A DNA stretch of 32,000 nucleotides from an uncultured Actinomycetota bacterium (GCA_963815975.1 CAWFJC010000010.1:834943-866942), one strand, 5' to 3'. Shown: positions 1 to 7,854, counted from the stretch's first letter. Program-made: numbers and translations. The notes: generated from the sequence alone by a model not told the origin.

Positions 1-198
1 GCCGAATGCACAAAGTCTTCGGCGGCTGGCACAACTTCCTTTCGGGCGGCTTCTGCGCGGCGGGAACTCTTAGACACGTTTCCTCCGTTATGAAAACCCA
101 GCACTCCCGGATGGAGCATTTCCCACCGTATCGCCCTCTTGTTTGGTCTGACAGGATGGCTGCCGGACCAAGTCCAGCCGATCATCGCGATGGTGATC

Positions 199-753
199 AT
201 GACAGAAAGGTGCCTCGACGTGGCACAGCAAACGGCGACTCTGCATACCAATCACGGCGATATCGCTCTGCTGCTCTTCGGCGATCAAGCTCCCAAGACA
301 GTGGACAACTTCGTGGGCCTCGCCTCCGGCAACAGGGAGTACACCGATCCCAGCACCGGGACATCGACAACAGGCAACTTCTATGACGGGCTCACCTTTC
401 ATCGGGTGATCACCGGTTTCATGATTCAGGGAGGTTGTCCACTCGGGACTGGCACCGGAGGTCCGGGTTACAAGTTCGGAGACGAAATCCATCCTGATCT
501 TGTCTTCAACAAGCCCTACCTGCTTGCCATGGCCAACGCGGGGCCTGGCACGAACGGCTCGCAGTTCTTCATTACTGTTGGCCCGCAACCGCACCTCAAC
601 CGCAAGCACACGATCTTCGGCGAGGTGGCTGACCAGCCCAGTCGGGATGTCGTCGACGACATCGCCCAGGTACGGACTGGGCGAGGTGATCGCCCGGTGA
701 ACCCGGTGATCATCAAGTCCGTGACGATCGATTCGGGTGACGTCTCCGAGTGA
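199..753 (+). CDS. ppiA: Cyclophilin-type peptidyl-prolyl cis-trans isomerase
   Basis: ORF 139..753. Cyclophilin hallmarks are present (FHRVITGFMIQGG, GPGTNGSQFFIT, HLNRKHTIFGEV). It is collinear with my recollection of M. tuberculosis PpiA. The likely start is ATG 199 or GTG 220 (GAAAGG at 204-209), not 139. Confidence 0.9.
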   Translation: MTERCLDVAQQTATLHTNHGDIALLLFGDQAPKTVDNFVGLASGNREYTDPSTGTSTTGNFYDGLTFHRVITGFMIQGGCPLGTGTGGPGYKFGDEIHPDLVFNKPYLLAMANAGPGTNGSQFFITVGPQPHLNRKHTIFGEVADQPSRDVVDDIAQVRTGRGDRPVNPVIIKSVTIDSGDVSE

Positions 754-1601
754 GCCAGTCCCCGGGCGCAGGCCCGGACTTCTCCCCACCGGGCTTCGCT
801 CCGTGCTACCGCCATCCGGAGCGGATGACAGGCATCTCCTGCCAGCGCTGCCATAAACCAATCTGCGGCGAATGCATGAACCCGGCATCGGTCGGTTTTC
901 AGTGCCCCTCGTGCGTTGCCTCTGGGCGGGGCGGCGCCCGAGCTCCGCGGACAGCGTTCGGTGCGATCTTGAAGCCAGGCGGCGGAACCGCCACCAAGGT
1001 GATGATGGGCGTTCTGGCCGTCGAATGGCTGCTCAGTCTGCTCAGCGGTCGGCTGCTTGATCAACTGCTGGTGATGAGCAATGAGGCCGTATACCTCGGT
1101 CAGTTCTGGCGGCTTTTCACAGCGTCGCTGACGTCGGGAACGATCTTGGGTTTGCTGATGAACCTACTGGTGCTCTGGATCGCCGGCCGTGCAATTGAGT
1201 CGGAGCTGGGCGCCTGGCGGTTCGTCGCGCTTTACTTGGCGGCCGGTCTGGGTGGCGCCACGATGCTGTTCGTTTTCGGCCCGCCTGGGGCCGGCGGGTA
1301 CGGTGCTGCAGCCGCGGTCATCGGTCTGCTCGCGGCGAATGCGATCTTCAAGTACAAGATGCGGGAGGATGTTCGGGCCGACATCGGACTGTTCGTCCTG
1401 CTCATCCTCTACAGCATCTTGATCGGTTTCCGCAGCTTCGGTTGGCTGATGCTGATCGGCGGGATCGTTGTCGGCGCCCTGGTCGGATTGGTGTTGGCGT
1501 ACGCGCCCCGGCGCAATCGGAACACGGTTCAGGTCGTCGGGCTACTCGGAGTGCTCACGCTTTGTCTAGTCGGTGTCTTTGCGAAGTTGATGATCGTGTG
1601 A
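750..1601 (+). CDS. Rhomboid-family membrane protein with N-terminal Cys4 zinc ribbon; catalytic Ser/His apparently substituted
   Basis: The GTG start overlaps the ppiA stop (GTGA). The N-terminus reads CYRHPERMTGISCQRCHKPICGECM...CPSC. Rhomboid core motifs are FWRLFT (WR motif), LLMNLLVLW, GYGAAAAVIGLL (in place of GxSGxxxG) and LMLIGGIVVG (in place of HxGGxxxG). Multiple TM helices. Confidence 0.8.
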   Translation: MSQSPGAGPDFSPPGFAPCYRHPERMTGISCQRCHKPICGECMNPASVGFQCPSCVASGRGGARAPRTAFGAILKPGGGTATKVMMGVLAVEWLLSLLSGRLLDQLLVMSNEAVYLGQFWRLFTASLTSGTILGLLMNLLVLWIAGRAIESELGAWRFVALYLAAGLGGATMLFVFGPPGAGGYGAAAAVIGLLAANAIFKYKMREDVRADIGLFVLLILYSILIGFRSFGWLMLIGGIVVGALVGLVLAYAPRRNRNTVQVVGLLGVLTLCLVGVFAKLMIV

Positions 1602-1628
1602 CTCGGCGTGAGCGAAGGCGTTCTTTCC

Positions 1629-1668
1629 TCTGCGAGCGACAACGAAGTAGGCGGACGCCAAGCGCGAT
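1629..1668. repeat. Inverted copy of the repeat unit found at 2181-2220
   Basis: Hand alignment: the reverse complement of 2181-2220 matches 1629-1668 at about 33/40 positions. The 24-nt core TCTGCGAGCGACAACGAAGTAGGC matches at 22/24. Confidence 0.6.
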
Positions 1669-1680
1669 TGCGCGAGCAGC

Positions 1681-1806
1681 TCAAAATAGGCGTGCTTGCG
1701 ATACTGAGGGCACCTGCAGAGGCTGCTCGGGCGGCTGACGAGTGATCACCCATGCCGCAATGGCTGCCCCGGCGAGTGCCAGGAGCATCAGCACTGTTGC
1801 GATCAT
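1681..1806 (-). CDS. Possible 41-aa single-TM peptide (very uncertain)
   Basis: Internal ATG of ORF 1681..1911 gives MIATVLMLLALAGAAIAAWVITRQPPEQ..., with one hydrophobic helix. It lies downstream of the RAM-domain gene on the same strand. GC3 is only moderate and no RBS was seen. Confidence 0.15.
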   Translation of the reverse strand: MIATVLMLLALAGAAIAAWVITRQPPEQPLQVPSVSQARLF

Positions 1807-1861
1807 CAACGTGGTGGTGGATACCCGGGCAACGCGCTCACCAGTCGGGGCTTGCTGGTCG

Positions 1862-2137
1862 CTAACCACCAAGGGAGAACGCCGCCTCAAGATCGTGGGC
1901 CGAATAAGCACGGAAGGCGATGTGCGTCTCCGTGCTCATCACACCCGGCACCTTGTTGAGCTTGTCGGCGACGACCTCAGCTATTTGATCATGGTTCGCA
2001 ACCCTGATCATCGCAATCAGATCGATCGTTCCGGTCACGGAGTAGACCTCGCTGACCCCGCTGAGAGCGGCAATTTGCTCCGCTACTTCTGGGATACGCG
2101 CTACCTCGGCGTTCACGAAGACGATCGCAGTGACCAT
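1862..2137 (-). CDS. Lrp/AsnC ligand-binding (RAM) domain-only protein
   Basis: 91-aa ORF. The pattern MVTAIVFVNAEV...VSEVYSVTGTIDLIAMIRV...VPGVMSTETHIAF is typical of stand-alone RAM/AsnC_trans_reg domains. No HTH domain. AGGA lies upstream of the ATG. Confidence 0.8.
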   Translation of the reverse strand: MVTAIVFVNAEVARIPEVAEQIAALSGVSEVYSVTGTIDLIAMIRVANHDQIAEVVADKLNKVPGVMSTETHIAFRAYSAHDLEAAFSLGG

Positions 2138-2157
2138 GGCGTCATCCTAATCTTGAG

Positions 2158-2441
2158 TTGCTCGCTTCCGCTCGCTGCGGATCGCGCTGGGGAGCTGCCT
2201 ACTTCGTCGTCACTCGCAGACGATAAAGCGTGTCAGCTCGTTCCTCCTCAGCACGGCAGCGCGCGATCCGGTGTTTGTTTGCTCGCTTCCGCTCGCTGCG
2301 GGAAGTCGCCTATTTGGTTGTCGCTCTCCGACGAGAAGCGTGTCTGCTCAGTCAGTGTGCATCGCGCGCTCCGCGCTGAGGCTGGCGCTTGTGAGCCTCT
2401 GCCTTCCTCACTCTCTCGCAGACGAAAAGCGTGCCTGCTCG
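2158..2441. repeat. Degenerate three-unit tandem repeat in an intergenic region
   Basis: The exact 23-mer TTGCTCGCTTCCGCTCGCTGCGG occurs at 2158-2180 and 2279-2301. A core of about 43 bp (GCCTAYTT.GT.GTC.CTC..GACGA.AAGCGTG.C.GCTC) occurs at 2197-2240, 2308-2350 and 2401-2441. Confidence 0.8.
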
Positions 2442-2469
2442 CTAATTCGTCCAGGACAGCGGCGCTGGC

Positions 2470-4206
2470 TCAACCCGGCGCCGCACGATCCGCTGAAGAT
2501 CCGCCGCCGCTACCCGCAGCCACACCACCCAGCGCATACTGCACCAGCGCTTCATGATCAAGTACTGCATGCAGCGGCCACATCCAGTCGCCGGTGATGT
2601 CGATCAATCGGATGCCGGGCTGCTCGAGCCAGTCCGCGATTCGCTCGGTCTCCTCGATGCCGGCCGCCGGCAACGGATCCGGCGGCTTGGAGACGGTTTC
2701 GGAGGTGAGGCGTACGGCACGCGCGACCGCTTGTGGGACCTCGCGAGGAGTCGCCAGCCCGGCGCCGGCGAGCCGGCCGTAACGGATCACGTGGATTTCC
2801 CAGTCGAGGTCCACCTTCCGTGCGGCGACGATCTCAGCGCAGGCAGCGAGGCTGCGAATGCGGTGGAAGCGGGCAGCCGTACGGGTCAGCGCTTCCAGTC
2901 GCCGTCGGATGATTGCCGCTTCCTCGAATCGTTGCTGACTGATCAGCCGCTGTAGCCGGGCCTGGACGCTGAGCACCGCGGGCCGCGCGTCCAGCGACAA
3001 GGCGTCGCGTACCGCTTCGACGATCTCGCGGTAACCGTCCCGGGAGATGGTGCCGTCACACGGCGCCGCGCAGCGGCCGATGCCGGCGAGGGCACAGGCA
3101 GAGATCAGTGCGGTGCTGCTCAGCCGCGGCGTGCACTGCCGGATCGGGAAGCCGTCATAGATCGCCAGTGTCACGTCCTCGGCCGACTTACGGCGCGTGA
3201 ACGGCCCGAAATAGGTGGCACCGTCATCGCGGACGACGCGGACCATCGACAACCGGGGGAAAGGCTCGTCAGTGATCTTGATCCACTGGGTGCGTTCGGG
3301 GAACTTGGAGCGACGGTTGTAGCGCGGTGCGCTGCTGCCGATCAGCCGCAGCTCGGTAACGTCCGCCTGCAGCTGGGTGATGCAGGGGACGGCCTCCACG
3401 CCTGTAGCCAGCCGGACCATCTCGTCGATCCGCGGCCGTTTTTCAGCCGCCGTGAAGTAGTTACGCACCCTAGCCCGAATGTTCTTGGACTTGCCGACAT
3501 AGAGAATGTGGCGCTGCTCGCCGTGCTCGGCGACGAAGAGATAGATCCCGGGCACTGCCGGCAGGGAGGCAGCCCAGGTGCGCTTGGCCCGCCGCTGCGG
3601 TGACACCTTCCGGCTGAACTCGGCCAAATCCTCGATGGTGTGTACGCCAAGATTGCCGACCCGTTCGAGCAGACCATGGAGCACCTCAACTGTTGCCTCG
3701 GCATCGGTGAGCGCACGGTGGTTCGGCGTGATGGTTGTGTGAAAGTGTCGAGCCAATGTCGCGAGCCTGCAGTTCGGCACCTCGTCGCGGAGCAGGATCT
3801 GTCGGGCCAGGGCAGCGGTGTCGACCACCGGCCAGCGTGGGAACGGATAGTCGCATGCCTCGCAGGCACGTCTCAGGAAACCGACATCGAACGGTGCGTT
3901 GTGAGCAACGAGCACGGTTCCGTGCGCAAAAGCCAGGAATGAGGGCAGGACATGGCCCAGTCCGGGGGCGTTGGCCACCATCTGGTTCGTGATGCCGGTC
4001 AGCACGGCAATGAGCGGCGGGATGTGAGCTTTCGGATTGACCAGGGTCTGAAACTCACCCAGCACCTCACCGCCGCGTACTTTGACAGCGCCGACCTCGG
4101 TGATCATGTCCGTCTCGGCGCCGCCAGTGGTTTCTAGATCGACAACGCAGAACGTCACCTGGGACAGATGCGTCCCAAGATCATCAAAGGAGGCTTGCAG
4201 CGCCAC
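2470..4206 (-). CDS. DEDD (DnaQ-like) 3'-5' exonuclease fused to a GIY-YIG (UvrC/Cho-like) nuclease domain
   Basis: N-terminal exonuclease motifs: FCVVDLETTGG, LVAHNAPFDVGFL, HRALTDAEAT. GIY-YIG motifs follow: PGIYLFV...ILYVGKSKNIRARVRNYF. The architecture and position match my recollection of M. tuberculosis Rv2191. GTG start at 4206. Confidence 0.85.
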   Translation of the reverse strand: MALQASFDDLGTHLSQVTFCVVDLETTGGAETDMITEVGAVKVRGGEVLGEFQTLVNPKAHIPPLIAVLTGITNQMVANAPGLGHVLPSFLAFAHGTVLVAHNAPFDVGFLRRACEACDYPFPRWPVVDTAALARQILLRDEVPNCRLATLARHFHTTITPNHRALTDAEATVEVLHGLLERVGNLGVHTIEDLAEFSRKVSPQRRAKRTWAASLPAVPGIYLFVAEHGEQRHILYVGKSKNIRARVRNYFTAAEKRPRIDEMVRLATGVEAVPCITQLQADVTELRLIGSSAPRYNRRSKFPERTQWIKITDEPFPRLSMVRVVRDDGATYFGPFTRRKSAEDVTLAIYDGFPIRQCTPRLSSTALISACALAGIGRCAAPCDGTISRDGYREIVEAVRDALSLDARPAVLSVQARLQRLISQQRFEEAAIIRRRLEALTRTAARFHRIRSLAACAEIVAARKVDLDWEIHVIRYGRLAGAGLATPREVPQAVARAVRLTSETVSKPPDPLPAAGIEETERIADWLEQPGIRLIDITGDWMWPLHAVLDHEALVQYALGGVAAGSGGGSSADRAAPG

Positions 4207-4324
4207 GGCAGCGACACTAGAGATCGACTCCGACAGTCTCCGACGCCACGCCGTCGTTCAATGCCGTTAGTTGCACACTAGGTCCGTTCGGACCAAGATC
4301 GGTTCGCACGAGCTGATTGGTCCG

Positions 4325-5080
4325 TCAGCAATGAGGTGCTTTGAACTTGGCAGTTGCCTTCTTGAACTCATCGAGGTTCTTGAACGCCGCCCGGTATTGC
4401 TTCAGCCAGGCAGTCTGTGCCTGTGATGGGCTGCCCGCCTGATGATCTTTGTTCGCCTGCATCAGCTTTTGGTGATTCTTCCAGTCCCTCATGCCATCGG
4501 CGGTGGCCGCCATAACGGGCTTTTGAGCCTTGCTCCGCTTCTGACACTTTGCCAGTGAGGCTGCCACGACGCTGTCCGCGTCGCTGACCTTCGCGCACGA
4601 GCCTTTGATGTCATCGTAGGTCGCTAGAGCGTCGTTGTAGCGCTGGATATCACCGGGGCCCTTGAGCCTGGTCTTCTTGAACTGGCCCCTCATATCCGTG
4701 ATTGATATCTTGCCGTCGAGGTTGTCGGCTTGAGCTTGGACATGAGCGGCCCAGTGCCGCACGCCGATACTTCCTGCCCTCATCACCTCATCTGCCGCGC
4801 TGACCTTCTGCTGGCATGTCTTGAGGGCCTTTTTGGCCGCTGCGCTCGCAGGCTGGGCAGAGCTGGACGCGTCCGCAGACGACGAGGGAGTGGACACTGC
4901 TGTGCTTGGAGCTTGCGACTCAGCCGCCGTCGTGCTGGATTGAGCTTGTGGATCCGCAGTTGTCGCTGTGGGCCAGAACTTCCACGCTGCGAATGACCCG
5001 CCCACCAGGAGTGCTGCAGCCACTGCCAACGGGATGATGACGCGCGCTGGCCGGACTTTCGCCCGTCGTGCTTGTACCAC
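4325..5080 (-). CDS. Membrane-anchored or exported protein of unknown function with a Ser/Ala/Thr-rich linker and two Cys-containing helical repeats
   Basis: The N-terminus is basic and followed by a TM helix (RPARVIIPLAVAAALLVGGSFAAW), then a low-complexity STA-rich linker. An internal repeat pairs LKTCQQKV..VMRAGSIGVRHWAAHVQAQA with LAKCQKRS..VMAATADGMRDWKNHQKLMQA. The protein is Lys-rich and the gene has visibly lower GC than its neighbours. Confidence 0.6.
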   Translation of the reverse strand: MVQARRAKVRPARVIIPLAVAAALLVGGSFAAWKFWPTATTADPQAQSSTTAAESQAPSTAVSTPSSSADASSSAQPASAAAKKALKTCQQKVSAADEVMRAGSIGVRHWAAHVQAQADNLDGKISITDMRGQFKKTRLKGPGDIQRYNDALATYDDIKGSCAKVSDADSVVAASLAKCQKRSKAQKPVMAATADGMRDWKNHQKLMQANKDHQAGSPSQAQTAWLKQYRAAFKNLDEFKKATAKFKAPHC

Positions 5081-5164
5081 ATTCCCCCCAAGAGAGTCCC
5101 CTAGGGCCCCTAACTTACTTGAAGTTGTTCCCTGGAGCGAATGGAGAGTTGCCCCGCGAGACGG

Positions 5165-5977
5165 TCAGCGGCGGCCCAGTATCTCTCCGTGCAGAACGGC
5201 AAACCAGGCGTTGGGCAGCCGTCCCCAATCGAGCCAGCCCTGAGCTATTCGGGCCAATTCCGTGGCGTCGGAGAGCCCGCCTGCCTCGGCCTGTCGACCC
5301 AGATCGGACTGGCGCAGCCGCTCGGCCCAGGTCTCCGACCACCAGGCGAGATCTGACGACGTCGCGAAGCACCAGGCGCTGGCCGAGGCCGCGACATCAC
5401 CGAAACCCGCCGCAGACGCCCAGCTGAGCAGCCGACGGCCGGCGTCCGGTTCGCCCCCGTTACTGGTTGTCACGAGGCGATAGAGCTCGAGCCAGCGAGT
5501 CAGTGCCGCACTCGGCGGATACCAGGTCATTGCTGCGTAATCGGCATCTCGTACGGCAACCAAGCCACCCGGCGCGCAGACTCGGCGCATCTCGCGGAGT
5601 GCCGCGATCGGATCGCTGAGATGCTGCAGAACTTGATGAGCGTGAATGACGTCGAACGATTTATCTGGAAACTGCATCGCGTAGACATCGCCGAGCGAGA
5701 CCCGGAGGTTGTCGACCCCGTGCTCAGTCGCCAGCAGCTGCGTCGCCGCGACCGCAGCCGGCGCGGAGTCAATGCCGACCACCGAGCCGTTGGCCAGCCG
5801 TTTGGCGAGATCAACTGTGATCGTTCCCGGACCGACGCCGACGTCCAGCACCCTGTCGCCCGGTTTCAGCCAGGGGAGGAGGTACGCCGCGGAATTCTCC
5901 GCAGTCCGCCAGCCGTGCGATCGCAGGACTGAGTCGTGGTGACCGTGTGAGTACACCTCGCGAGAAGGGTTTGGCAC
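5165..5977 (-). CDS. Class I SAM-dependent methyltransferase
   Basis: SAM-binding motif I is VLDVGVGPGTITVDLA. The N-terminal YSHGHHDSVLRSHGWRTAENSAAYLLP is typical of this actinobacterial methyltransferase family. The ORF extends to 6109, but the first 44 codons look non-coding, so GTG 5977 or TTG 5980 is proposed as the start. Confidence 0.8.
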   Translation of the reverse strand: MPNPSREVYSHGHHDSVLRSHGWRTAENSAAYLLPWLKPGDRVLDVGVGPGTITVDLAKRLANGSVVGIDSAPAAVAATQLLATEHGVDNLRVSLGDVYAMQFPDKSFDVIHAHQVLQHLSDPIAALREMRRVCAPGGLVAVRDADYAAMTWYPPSAALTRWLELYRLVTTSNGGEPDAGRRLLSWASAAGFGDVAASASAWCFATSSDLAWWSETWAERLRQSDLGRQAEAGGLSDATELARIAQGWLDWGRLPNAWFAVLHGEILGRR

Positions 5978-6150
5978 CAAGAAAGTGTCAGTGCTGCGCG
6001 AAAGGCTACGACTACCGGGGTCCGTATGGCGATTCAAACCCCCGGGCACCGCGCCAGCACGAAGCAGTTGGCTCGACAGCAGCAGCACAGCAACAGCACT
6101 AAGCAGCACTTAATCAGCACCGAATGCAGGTTGATGCGGAAGGAATCAGG

Positions 6151-6388
6151 ATGGATGTGTTGCACGTAGATTGCGGCACCTGCATCGCCAGAGGAGCAGC
6201 CTGCAGCGACTGCGTCGTGACGGTGCTCCTCGGCGCGTCTGGTGGTGTCGTTGATCTGGACCAAGACGAGCAGGCGGCGCTCGAGGCGCTGGCGAATTCC
6301 GGGCCTAGTGCCGCCGCTGCGACTTATCCAAGGGGCCCGGCCGGTTCACAGCGTCCAGCCGCGGCTGGACTGGCAGGACTACGCGTAA
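6151..6388 (+). pseudogene. Small Cys-rich conserved actinobacterial protein, apparently frameshifted near 6303-6305
   Basis: ATG 6151 is preceded by AGGAA and reads MDVLHVDCGTCIARGAACSDCVVTVLLG...EQAALEALANSG. After 6304 the original frame drops to about 42% GC3. The +1 frame has about 85% GC3 (23/27 codons) and reads LVPPLRLIQGARPVHSVQPRLDWQDYA, ending at stop 6386-6388. Confidence 0.55.
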
Positions 6389-6613
6389 CGACTCGCTCAC
6401 TCCTATCGTTGACAAAATCTCGTCGACCAAATATCGGCGATCCTAATTGCCAGTGATCTAATCGTGACCTAATGTGTCAACGACTGCTCGGTGAGCACGG
6501 CACATCAAAGAGTCACGAACGGGTCATCCACCGCGCAGTAGGCACGTCCATCACAGCTCTCAGCTGTGCTCAGGCCTGGGGAGGCCTGGGTCGGCACCTT
6601 CGGGGAGCTGCGC

Positions 6614-6644
6614 GCAGGATCGGGGAACGCAGGAGTCGGGGAAC
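6614..6644 (+). promoter_or_regulatory. Tandem direct repeat covering the Shine-Dalgarno region of the NlpC/P60 gene
   Basis: GCAGGATCGGGGAAC (6614-6628) is followed directly by GCAGGAGTCGGGGAAC (6629-6644), then T and GTG 6646. A third TCGGGGAGC lies at 6600-6608. Confidence 0.35.
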
Positions 6645-6645
6645 T

Positions 6646-7756
6646 GTGAATGTTACTGCGCGCGTGATTTCACGCGCACTGAAAACCAACCGCGCTACAT
6701 CCATCTTTCGTCAGGCACAGATACTCCGTCGGGCACGCGTCGTCGCGCTCGGGCTGGTCTCGGTGGCTCTGACGGCACTGTTCCTGATTCCCACCAGCGT
6801 CCCCGCCGCGGCGACGCCACCAGTCACGGTGGCGGAGGCGAAAGCGTTGGTCGCCCAGTTGCAGACTGACGCCGGTGCGATCGACCAGCAGTACTCAGGC
6901 GTTGTTGAGCAAATCAAGCAGGGTCGCGCCCAACTACGCCTCAAGCAGGCCGACGTCCAAACCCAGACCGACAAAGTAGCCCGGATGAGGCTTCAGGTCG
7001 GCCAGGTCGCACTCGCTCAGTTTCAAAACCGCAGCCTCGACACCGCCGCCCAGCTCATCGTGACCCCGGACACCGATGGGTTTTTGAGTCAGATCTCGAC
7101 CGTTCAGAAGGTCAGTGAGAATCAGAACTCAATCCTGCAGGACTACCAACAGGCGCAGGCCAACCTCACAGCACTCGAGCATTCCTCCGAGACGGACCTC
7201 GCCACTCTCGCCGAGAAGGAAAAGCAGCTCAAGTCCCTCAAGGACGCCTCGGACAAGAAGATTGCCGAGGCCAGGAAGGTGCTGAACAAGCTCAGCGCGA
7301 CCCAGCGGCAACGGCTTTCCGATGAGCAGAAGAGAGCGGCTGCGCGGGCCAATGCAGCCGGAGCTGCGGCCTCACGAGACGCCGCCCGCGGCCCAATCAG
7401 CGGCAGCAGCAAGGGCGTCAGAGCGCTGGCATTTGCGAAGGCACAGCTCGGAGAGCCGTACGTTCGCAATGCCGACGGGCCCAGCTCCTGGGACTGCTCA
7501 GGCTTGACAATGAAAGCTTGGGGCTCCGTCGGGGTTAGCCTGCCTCACTCGTCCGGACAGCAGTACAACAGGGGTAGGTCGGTAGCCAGAGTCCGATCTG
7601 CAACTCGGCGATCTGGTCTTCTTCTACAGCGGCATCAGCCATGTGGGCATCTACGCCGGAGGCGGCCGCGTCATCCACGCGCCACATCCCGGCAAGTCCG
7701 TGGAGTACATCAAGATGTCCTACATGCCCTACGCAGGAGCACGCCGACCGGGCTGA
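6646..7756 (+). pseudogene. Coiled-coil NlpC/P60 peptidoglycan endopeptidase (RipC/Rv2190c-like), frameshifted near 7588-7594
   Basis: GTG 6646 lies about 10 nt after AGGAG. Signal sequence RRARVVALGLVSVALTALFLIPTSVPAAA is followed by a long coiled coil and the NlpC/P60 motif AQLGEPYVRNADGPSSWDCSGLTMKAW..SLPHSSGQQY. After GRSVAR the domain continues only in the next frame, reading SDLQLGDLVFFYSGISHVGIYAGGGRVIHAPHPGKSVEYIKMSYMPYAGARRPG, with stop at 7754-7756. Confidence 0.75.
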
Positions 7757-7854
7757 TCCGGAGCTGTCGTTGCGGTTGCGTGGCGATTTCCCGACGTTCC
7801 AAGCCGAGCCCGCATACGCTGCCTTCTGTGTCAGCCACCCGCAGCAGGATCGCT

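Noticed and set aside
1-138. Possible end of an upstream gene or a small RNA at the left window edge (ORF 6..386).
   Set aside because: The ORF 6..386 product is Arg/Ser-rich with no motifs, and it overlaps ppiA out of frame. I could recognise nothing in 138 nt.
88-888. Long antisense or overlapping ORFs: 88..888, 10242..10859, 14259..14972, 14999..15670, 16106..16780, 19547..20443, 21156..22337, 25178..26101, 26102..27574, 27670..28428 and 28697..29380.
   Set aside because: They lie opposite or out of frame to genes with clear family motifs. Their products are Arg/Pro/Gly-rich with no recognisable motifs. Such ORFs are expected open-frame artefacts in DNA of about 65% GC.
2158-2441. CRISPR array.
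   Set aside because: There are only two or three degenerate units with unequal spacing (121, 111 and 93 bp). There are no uniform short repeats alternating with unique spacers and no cas genes.
1742-2597. Plus-strand ORFs (1742..2557 and 2271..2597) running through the repeat region. Their translations contain recurring SLADDKAC, SLSDEKRVC and SLADEKRAC peptides.
   Set aside because: The recurring peptides appear in different frames and simply reflect the DNA repeats. ORF 1742..2557 is antisense to the RAM-domain gene. Its composition is not coding-like.
6409-6437. TTGACA (6409-6414) as a -35 box for the NlpC/P60 leader.
   Set aside because: The hexamer at 17-nt spacing is TATCGG, a poor -10 element. 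I am not confident enough to call a promoter.
6389-6645. Possible cyclic-di-AMP (ydaO/yuaA) riboswitch upstream of the NlpC/P60 hydrolase. Actinobacteria often place this riboswitch before cell-wall hydrolase genes.
   Set aside because: The region has several GGGGA tracts. I could not find the conserved elements I remember: CGCUNAAUC, GGGGUGAAUC, and CCCGUCAGCU.ACCUCG.A.GCG. Without a covariance scan this is not supportable.
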